A program made the position numbers and the translations under genes. Source: a virus (lineage: Duplodnaviria; Caudoviricetes). From it: a stretch of 33,237 bases of DNA. The stretch is taken from positions 1 to 33,237 of IMG/VR virus record IMGVR_UViG_3300020045_002248; one strand, 5' to 3'. The notes under the pieces were generated by a model. It was not told the DNA's origin and made no database searches. It was given only the letters and a program-made list of their open reading frames with translations. Positions 7,202-13,136 of this stretch are shown in pieces. Numbering within the stretch: position 1 is the first letter of the stretch; every line of letters begins with the position of its first letter.

Positions 7202-7894
7202 ATGTTAAAAATTTTAACGATGGAAGATGCACAGGCTGATTTTGCTGGTGTCGATAGGCCAGTCATTAACGGTCAAGCTGGCGCCGAAACAGTGTTACAA
7301 GAGCTTGACAGGCTGCGCCAGAAATTGGCTATAGGGTCCGAGAAAAAAGCACTATTACACATTTCAGCCAATCAGTTAGAAGTGGTTGCTTCATGCGACC
7401 ATTTGGCTGAAGGTGATAATCGCAAGATAAATTCACTAGAGCAGATCATTCGTGATGATCATCTAGAGCGCATATATATTGACCACACATACAAGTCAAA
7501 TGATAGCGATGGGTCATTTGATAAGCCCTTTAGTAATATAGATGAGGCAATGCCAGCACCTAAGCAAGAGCCTGTGGCATGGCGGCGATATGCTGGAATA
7601 GTTTGCGGCAGTGGCTGCTTCACTTATCGAGATGAAAAACCTGTTCAAGACGAAGGTTTTGAATGGCATCCGCTTTATTATCATCCAGCGCCACCGCAAG
7701 CAGCAGCTATACCGGATAACTGGAAGCAGTTAATTCTTGATGCTATGGACGAGGGATTTTCTGTGCGCAGAGAGCTTGGTAATTTAGCTGATGGAGGTCT
7801 GGTTTATGACGATACACAGCTAGGTGTTGAATTCGCTATAAACCATTTTAATCGATGGTTATCAGCAGCACCAAAGCCAGAGGGCGAGCAATGA
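7202..7894 (+). CDS. mosaic phage hypothetical protein (EPVAW / AAPKP motifs)
   Basis: GGAG RBS; KQEPVAW, PLY.HPAP, LSAAPKPE motifs typical of lambdoid Ea/nin-region proteins. Confidence 0.65.
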   Translation: MLKILTMEDAQADFAGVDRPVINGQAGAETVLQELDRLRQKLAIGSEKKALLHISANQLEVVASCDHLAEGDNRKINSLEQIIRDDHLERIYIDHTYKSNDSDGSFDKPFSNIDEAMPAPKQEPVAWRRYAGIVCGSGCFTYRDEKPVQDEGFEWHPLYYHPAPPQAAAIPDNWKQLILDAMDEGFSVRRELGNLADGGLVYDDTQLGVEFAINHFNRWLSAAPKPEGEQ

Positions 7895-8064
7895 GTATTA
7901 CACCGAGAGACTTTTTCGAAGTCGAATATGTGAAAAAGTACCACGCGCAGGATAACTACCGGCAGGCCAAGGAAATGATGGAGCAAAACCGCGACGGTGA
8001 TACATACACTGACTGCATGATCGCGCTGGCATACGAAAAGCAACTTATGGGATTGGATTGGTAG
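7891..8064 (+). CDS. hypothetical protein
   Basis: ATGA overlap at 7891; fits tiling. Confidence 0.55.
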   Translation: MSITPRDFFEVEYVKKYHAQDNYRQAKEMMEQNRDGDTYTDCMIALAYEKQLMGLDW

Positions 8065-8065
8065 C

Positions 8066-8527
8066 ATGGGCGAATCATGGGTAATCAACTCCGATACATC
8101 TCTCAAGGCCTTTGTAGCTAACGTAGAGAAGCTTTACGGCGAGCACAAATACATAACCTATGGGTCACCAAGAATCGGGCAGGATCGGTCGCTAGGACAG
8201 AATGCCCTATTTCACCTTTGGCTGACTGACTTTGGTTGCCATCTGGCTAAGTGCCACTATTCCCAATTCACCGATGGAATGATGGACGGAACAAAGAAGT
8301 CAATCAAGGGATTGTTCTATAGGGAATATCCGCGCGACTGGATGATTCACGAAGTCGAATGTGTGATAACAAAGCGCAAGAAAAAAGACTACACCAGCAG
8401 CGCAAAGTGGAAGCAGGGAGAAATGTTCGAGGTTTTAACTTGGCTACAAAACTTTGCTGCCAATCATGGTTGCGTGCTTGAGTCAAAAGGTGAGTTTTCC
8501 AAATTACAGCGGGAGCAAAACAATTGA
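8066..8527 (+). CDS. ninB: NinB/Orf-like recombination protein
   Basis: RSLGQNALFHLWL and SSAKW...EM...L...Q.FA..HG resemble NinB RS..QN and STS.M...E....I..F.A.HG motifs; nin-region position. Confidence 0.6.
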   Translation: MGESWVINSDTSLKAFVANVEKLYGEHKYITYGSPRIGQDRSLGQNALFHLWLTDFGCHLAKCHYSQFTDGMMDGTKKSIKGLFYREYPRDWMIHEVECVITKRKKKDYTSSAKWKQGEMFEVLTWLQNFAANHGCVLESKGEFSKLQREQNN

Positions 8528-9009
8528 ATTTACCAATGCGCCAATGCCACGACAACATAAAAACGATCTATGGGAAAAGCCGTGGATTTGATATTCCGCA
8601 GAAGATGAAAAAGCTTTTAATTGGCGCTGAAATAGTATGGTTTGATAAAGAGCCAATGAGCCAGAACATGAATGACGCATTGCATTTTTTCTTCGATTCG
8701 CACACATCGCTAATGACCGACCTGCTGTTAAAAAAGCAGGGTTTAACCGATGTTAGCCAGTACGTGAATATCCCAATGCAATGGGGCGTAGAAATGGAGC
8801 TGCATTACTCAATGCCTAACCGTGAAAAGCGGCATGTAGAGCATCACTATTTTGAGTTCTACGGTACAATATTCCCGATGAGCGAAAAGTTTAAGCGGCA
8901 CCGAGACACGTTTTACATGACAAAGAACTTGGAGTTTTTGCAGGTTCCAGACGACCACAAAAACAAGAAGTTTTACGAGACAACCAAATTCAGAGCGGTG
9001 GTTATATGA
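8524..9009 (+). CDS. hypothetical protein
   Basis: 161-aa ORF overlapping neighbours by 4 nt at both ends. Confidence 0.65.
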   Translation: MNLPMRQCHDNIKTIYGKSRGFDIPQKMKKLLIGAEIVWFDKEPMSQNMNDALHFFFDSHTSLMTDLLLKKQGLTDVSQYVNIPMQWGVEMELHYSMPNREKRHVEHHYFEFYGTIFPMSEKFKRHRDTFYMTKNLEFLQVPDDHKNKKFYETTKFRAVVI

Positions 9010-9458
9010 CAACGATTGTTTATTGCCATGAATCAAAAAGAATTGCCATAGACTCAAGGTCAACTGTTGGAATAACCATCGAAACTGATAGGGCTGAGAA
9101 GTTCAGACGCATTGGCGATGAGGTTTGGTTTTTTTGTGGATCGTCTGCTGATATTGATAAGCTGATAAAAATCCACAATGAGGATATGCCTGCATTTAAT
9201 GTTGGTTGCAGCGCGATGGTGGCAAACAAGGATGGCGTATTCATTAGGATGTATGACCAAGACAAAAACAGATATATGCCTTACAAGCTTATAGATTCAT
9301 GGGCAATGGGTTCTGGAGCAGATCACGCTCTAACCGCATTGGATATGGGCGCAAGTGTAAAGAAAGCCGTTCAAATTGCTATGCTTCGCGATACGTGCAC
9401 AGGTGGAAAGATTTGGGTATTTGATTGCGTTACTATGGAGTTTATAAATGAGGCGTAA
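9006..9458 (+). CDS. Ntn-hydrolase / proteasome-beta (HslV-like) protein
   Basis: N-terminal MTTI, IAIDSR.T, GS, AMGSGA..A..ALDMG....AV..A..RD..TGG. Confidence 0.75.
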   Translation: MTTIVYCHESKRIAIDSRSTVGITIETDRAEKFRRIGDEVWFFCGSSADIDKLIKIHNEDMPAFNVGCSAMVANKDGVFIRMYDQDKNRYMPYKLIDSWAMGSGADHALTALDMGASVKKAVQIAMLRDTCTGGKIWVFDCVTMEFINEA

Positions 9459-9795
9459 ATCAACACCGCAAAGTCGAGGCGCGCACGCTGATGAAAAAGA
9501 ATTCATGGCATGGTGCAAAGAGCAGCCTAGCATCGTTTCTGGCGCTTATGGAGTAGAGGTGCATCATTGTGTGGGATCATCCAGAAAAACCTACTTTAAC
9601 AACGAGCGGGTGCATATCGGCCATTGGTTTGTTATCCCGCTTACGCCGGATGAGCATAAGCTATTCCACAATGATAAGTTTGAATTCATCCATCGGCATG
9701 GTGAGCAATCAGAATTATGGCTGAAGCTGGTAGAAAATTATCCGGTCGAAATACCGCTAAAGGTAATTCAGGGAATAGTTAATTATGGGAGATGA
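9448..9795 (+). CDS. DUF968-like HNH-type nuclease-fold protein
   Basis: P.IVSG...VEVHH....HWFVIPLT.DEH..FH pattern; located next to RusA. Confidence 0.55.
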   Translation: MRRKSTPQSRGAHADEKEFMAWCKEQPSIVSGAYGVEVHHCVGSSRKTYFNNERVHIGHWFVIPLTPDEHKLFHNDKFEFIHRHGEQSELWLKLVENYPVEIPLKVIQGIVNYGR

Positions 9796-10150
9796 AATTG
9801 TATTGAATATCAAGCCAATGTCAGTCAATGGAGCATGGCAGGGAAGAAGGTTCAAAACTCCGGCATACAAGACCTACGAGAGTCAAATCCTTTTGATGCT
9901 TCCAAAAATAACGATACCCGAAGGTGATTTGAAGTTGTCTATAGAGTTTGGGTTTAGCAATAAAAACTCTGACTGTAGTAATCCTATTAAGCTTATTGAG
10001 GACATTTTACAAAAGAAATACGAGTTCAACGATAGCCGCGTATATGAGATAAGCGCTCGCAAGGTAATAGTAAAAAAAGGAGAAGAATATATAAAATTCT
10101 CAATTGTTAAAAACGGTAAAGATATTAACGCTAGTTCTGTGAAGTGTTAA
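9785..10150 (+). CDS. rusA: RusA-family Holliday junction resolvase
   Basis: KPMSVN..W, D..NPIK...D.L.....FND..V..I...K catalytic Asp pattern. Confidence 0.85.
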   Translation: MGDEIVLNIKPMSVNGAWQGRRFKTPAYKTYESQILLMLPKITIPEGDLKLSIEFGFSNKNSDCSNPIKLIEDILQKKYEFNDSRVYEISARKVIVKKGEEYIKFSIVKNGKDINASSVKC

Positions 10151-10153
10151 ACT
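10125..10153 (+). promoter_or_regulatory. candidate promoter for the ncRNA island
   Basis: TTAACG (10125-10130)-17 bp-TAAACT (10148-10153) with extended -10 TG; predicted start ~10160 coincides with the first stem. Confidence 0.5.
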
Positions 10154-10159
10154 GAGTTT

Positions 10160-10260
10160 GTTGTGAATGCGTAGGCTGATACGCAACGAAACCAGTGTAG
10201 TGGCTATGTAGGTCTGGAGCACACCAACGCCATGTAATCATAATCAGCGATTACCACAAC
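10160..10260 (+). ncRNA. structured RNA, GGCUGA/AUCAGC kissing-loop motif, copy 1
   Basis: Closing stem GTTGTG/CACAAC; hairpin TGCGTA-GGCTGA-TACGCA; hairpin GTAATC-ATAATCAGC-GATTAC; the two loops are complementary. Confidence 0.7.
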
Positions 10261-10287
10261 ATTGCCCATTAGCAATAGTGGGCATAA

Positions 10288-10363
10288 ACCAGCAGGATAC
10301 TAGGCAATATCTGACCAATCGAAAGATTGCGACGTGCGCGGGTTCGATACCCGCACTGCTGGT
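10288..10363 (+). ncRNA. tRNA-like RNA A (anticodon loop replaced by a GAAA tetraloop; no CCA)
   Basis: Acceptor ACCAGCAG/CTGCTGGT; D-like GATA-CTAGGCAA-TATC; CAATC-GAAA-GATTG; T-arm GCGGG-TTCGATA-CCCGC. Confidence 0.7.
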
Positions 10364-10404
10364 GATTTACGCCAACCCTCTCCGGCGGCAGTAAGCGAGA
10401 GGGA

Positions 10405-10537
10405 TTTGATCTTGGTGTTTGTGATGATGGGGCTGACCATCTACGAGAAAGAGCAGTGCATACGACCCGTTCCTGAATCAGGACTGCACGGGAAGCAATC
10501 AAGAGTTCCAGCGATTGCGGCAAGCACCAAGTTCAAA
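10405..10537 (+). ncRNA. structured RNA, GGCUGA/CAGC kissing-loop motif, copy 2
   Basis: Long closing stem 10405-10422/10520-10537; GATGG-GGCTGA-CCATC; middle CCCGT/ACGGG with TCCTG/CAGGA; GCAATC-...CCAGC-GATTGC. Confidence 0.7.
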
Positions 10538-10565
10538 GAATTAGCCAGTAATGGCACAAAGAATA

Positions 10566-10702
10566 TGGGGAAGCATGGTCTGCACAGTTCCGGCTTTCAA
10601 GTGGGTATCGGGTTGCTCCGAGAGATGCTTGATTTGTCAGGGGTTGATCGCCTTGATATAAAACGGGGTCAACTGTAGGGTTCAATTCCCTATTCTCCAC
10701 CA
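10566..10702 (+). ncRNA. tRNA-like RNA B (acceptor + T-arm + CCA, large insertion instead of an anticodon arm)
   Basis: (T)GGGGAA/TTCTCC(A) followed by CCA; T-arm TAGGG-TTCAATT-CCCTA; internal hairpins 10598-10631 and 10643-10673. Confidence 0.7.
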
Positions 10703-10797
10703 ATTCGCCGAAAGGCAAACAGAGCAGAGCGCATGGGCTTTAGGCTGAGGATTTCAGATAATTTACCATGACAGCCGCATGAAAGGGCGGCAACTAT

Positions 10798-10893
10798 GCT
10801 ATCAGTACTTTCAATTCGGAGATGGTGGGAGAATATCCGCAATTGAGCGGATTGGCTCACGGTTGCGGCTTCAAGAACCGCCTGATAGCTCCA
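10798..10893 (+). ncRNA. tRNA-like RNA C (8-bp acceptor, extended anticodon arm, UCCA end)
   Basis: GCTATCAG/CTGATAGC + T + CCA; weak D-arm with AATTCGG loop; GTGGG/CTCAC stem capped by ATCCGC-AATTGA-GCGGAT; variable GGTT; T-like arm GCGGC-TTCAAGA-ACCGC. Confidence 0.65.
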
Positions 10894-10923
10894 AACTCCC
10901 AGCGCGCATGTTCGCAGTAATCC

Positions 10924-10989
10924 AGATTAACCAAAACCCGTGCAAGCACCTCGCTGCGGCAATCTGGTAAATAAGCATGTAGGGCACGG
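10924..10989 (+). ncRNA. candidate minimal HDV-like (theta-type) ribozyme
   Basis: P1 AGATT-aa-CC/GG-c-AATCT, P2 CCGTGC/GCACGG, P3 GCA/TGC, L3 CCTCGC, GG immediately after P1; nested double-pseudoknot order; several mismatches. Confidence 0.45.
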
Positions 10990-11246
10990 TAGGACTACTA
11001 ACCGCATTGCATCGCCGCCCAAGATGTTGCCTGAACGGGCATTAACTTATCTTTACATTTCTACCTATTGCGGTAATCTCTTACTAATGAGATGATGATC
11101 TCACTGAAGCAATGGTGCGACAGAATGGAAATCGGTGAAGATTATGAAAATTACAAAATTGATTATAATTACAAATACTTCTTACACTAAAGCGCCTTTT
11201 GTTAAGGCAAATGAAATGTTCATGCCTTGGTCAAATTGGTTTTAAT

Positions 11247-11402
11247 ATGAGTATCGGAAAAATATTAAATCAGCCAACCCCGAAGCGAGAATTAATGGCT
11301 AGGCTGTATGCTGAGCGAAAAGCAGCAGGATTGCAAAAGTGCAGCTTCTGGCTTACTGAAGATCAGCGCAAAAAAGTTAACGAGCTTCTTAAATCACTAT
11401 GA
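11247..11402 (+). CDS. small basic hypothetical protein
   Basis: R..ERKAAGL.K...W motif of small phage DNA-binding-like proteins; ATG 11247. Confidence 0.55.
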   Translation: MSIGKILNQPTPKRELMARLYAERKAAGLQKCSFWLTEDQRKKVNELLKSL

Positions 11403-11626
11403 ACTTACTACAGGAGCGCGCCTACATGGCGCTGCTGATGACGATGGAAAATAATATCCCACTTCCAGAAGTGGAGGAACTGCAAGAGCCAAAGCCGCGC
11501 AACCAGTTCCACGCGCAAATACTGGCACAAGCAAACGAACCACCAGTAAGCCACAAGCACTGGCCAACACAATCAAGGCCAGTCGAGCCGTGCAGAGGGT
11601 ATGACTGGCCTGGTAATACGATATAG
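11399..11626 (+). CDS. hypothetical protein
   Basis: ATGA overlap with the upstream ORF. Confidence 0.5.
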   Translation: MNLLQERAYMALLMTMENNIPLPEVEELQEPKPRNQFHAQILAQANEPPVSHKHWPTQSRPVEPCRGYDWPGNTI

Positions 11627-11985
11627 GGGGATTGTATGATTAGATTCATTCTTGGATTGCCGCCTTACCAAGATAAGTCAATAAGAATGACCCCTTTTAG
11701 GGTAATGCAAAAAGGTCATTTGGAAATGGAAAAATATGCCAAATACAGAAGGCTTATCGCATAGGGGGATTTATGGCATACGGAGCATACTATGATGATT
11801 ATGAGCAAGACGCTCAAGGCCAAGAATAAGGGCGCAGCCGATCGGAACACGAAATAATGTGCGAAAAATTCGGACTATCAACCGAAGAGTTTGCAGGGCT
11901 TAGTGGAAACGAGCAAAGCAATATTCGCTGGAATTGGCGAAATGTTCAGAAAAGAAAGTAAACCACTAAATATGTCCGCACCTTC

Positions 11986-12007
11986 GCCCGAGTAGTCGGG
12001 CTTTTTT
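11986..12007 (+). terminator. Rho-independent terminator before the packaging genes
   Basis: GCCCGA-GTAG-TCGGGC followed by TTTTTT; extended -10 TGcTAGAAT at 12021-12029 just downstream. Confidence 0.7.
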
Positions 12008-12059
12008 ATTGCCTGAATTGTGCTAGAATTCCGTAAATGACCAAAAAAAGACGGAAGCA

Positions 12060-12479
12060 ATGGCTAAAAAGTTATTCGATTCTGAAAACCAGCCTGAGAA
12101 CAGGGCGCCTCGCGGCAAGTCGTTTAAGACTATGGTAATAGATGCCCTTAAAACTCAGGGCATGAATGAGCAAGAGTTTATCAACAAGCTAGTAGAGCGC
12201 GCCTTAGTCGATGGCGGCGTGTACCTTCAAGAGCTCCTAAAGCGTTACTCCCCCATCCCAAAGCAAACACACGAACCTATCAACATAGACTGGCCAGAGA
12301 AAGGCACGCCTGCGCAAAAGGCAGATGCTGTTCTTAACGCAATGAGCAAAGGCTTAATGAGTCCAGACGTTGGGGCGATATTCATCGAGGCAATCAGCAA
12401 GTCACTCGGGATCGAGGAAGTTACCGAGCTTGCGGCGCGCCTTGAGAAAATTGAGAAGATGCTGGAGGATAAGAAGTGA
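12060..12479 (+). CDS. probable terminase small subunit
   Basis: F....QP...PRG N-terminus, helical body, E.TEL..RLE.IE coiled C-terminus; first gene of the late block. Confidence 0.6.
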   Translation: MAKKLFDSENQPENRAPRGKSFKTMVIDALKTQGMNEQEFINKLVERALVDGGVYLQELLKRYSPIPKQTHEPINIDWPEKGTPAQKADAVLNAMSKGLMSPDVGAIFIEAISKSLGIEEVTELAARLEKIEKMLEDKK

Positions 12480-12625
12480 GCCTATGCCGATACATTCAAT
12501 ACGCACTAAGCCACCCTGACGCCAGCGCAGGATTCTTGATTACATGGATTCCTTACGTTGAGATTGGCGAAGCTAGGAATGCGTACCTTAAAATTATTGA
12601 AGAGCGATTTAGGCAAAATAAATGA
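12476..12625 (+). CDS. small hypothetical protein (49 aa)
   Basis: GGAGG RBS; GTGA and ATGA overlaps with both neighbours. Confidence 0.5.
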   Translation: MSLCRYIQYALSHPDASAGFLITWIPYVEIGEARNAYLKIIEERFRQNK

Positions 12626-12999
12626 GTAAAGTTACTGATATATCAATGTCATTTGCAACAGCTGCAGCGATGACGTCATGGCTTGTTAGTGAGGGGTTTG
12701 TGCAGAAAAAGGACGAAGAAACTGTAACTTCGGCGCTTAAACTTTGCATATCAAATTACGAAAAGGAATTGCTGGCTGACGTAGATGATGCAGTCACGAG
12801 CCTAGAGAATACACTTGCTGGCAAAAAACTAGGCTACGAAGTCCAAAGCTATGGCGTATCGGTGCCCTTTAAGGATGGTGCCAAGCCTGAGTCGTTTTCT
12901 GAAGCTGTTAAGGCTGATTTAACCGGCGCCAATGGCATAGAGGCTCACTTAGCTGCCGTTAAAAAGCACTACCCAGAAAGATTGGATGAAAAGAAATGA
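12622..12999 (+). CDS. hypothetical protein
   Basis: 125-aa ORF coupled by ATGA overlaps. Confidence 0.65.
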   Translation: MSKVTDISMSFATAAAMTSWLVSEGFVQKKDEETVTSALKLCISNYEKELLADVDDAVTSLENTLAGKKLGYEVQSYGVSVPFKDGAKPESFSEAVKADLTGANGIEAHLAAVKKHYPERLDEKK

Positions 13000-13136
13000 T
13001 TAAGCCTAGAATTAAAAAATATGGCAAACGGTGGGAATGTAATGGATTGGTTGGCGCAACGCCTTATGATGCGTATCGGTCTTGGCTTGATAAAACTGAA
13101 TGGCTAGAGAGATTGGGTGTGAGAAATATTGCGTAA
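12996..13136 (+). CDS. small hypothetical protein (46 aa)
   Basis: MIKPRIKKYGKRWEC...GATPYDAY..W; ATGA overlap; ends over the terL start. Confidence 0.55.
   Translation: MIKPRIKKYGKRWECNGLVGATPYDAYRSWLDKTEWLERLGVRNIA

Noticed and set aside
10745-10785. Hammerhead ribozyme (CTGAGGA ... GAAA)
   Set aside because: No stem II closes between the two core motifs and no matching stem I/III with a UH site was found.
10288-10893. Calling the three cloverleafs canonical tRNA genes or a true tmRNA
   Set aside because: None has a 7-nt anticodon loop with U33; element B is only ~137 nt and shows no tag ORF.
10160-11040. ORFs 10269-10523(-), 10334-10678(+), 10533-10718(-) and 10779-10970(+)
   Set aside because: No clear RBS or coupling, no recognisable motifs, and they cross well-formed RNA stems; treated as spurious.
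11637-11980. Several very short ORFs before terS
   Set aside because: Under 45 codons, with no motifs; cannot be supported from sequence alone.
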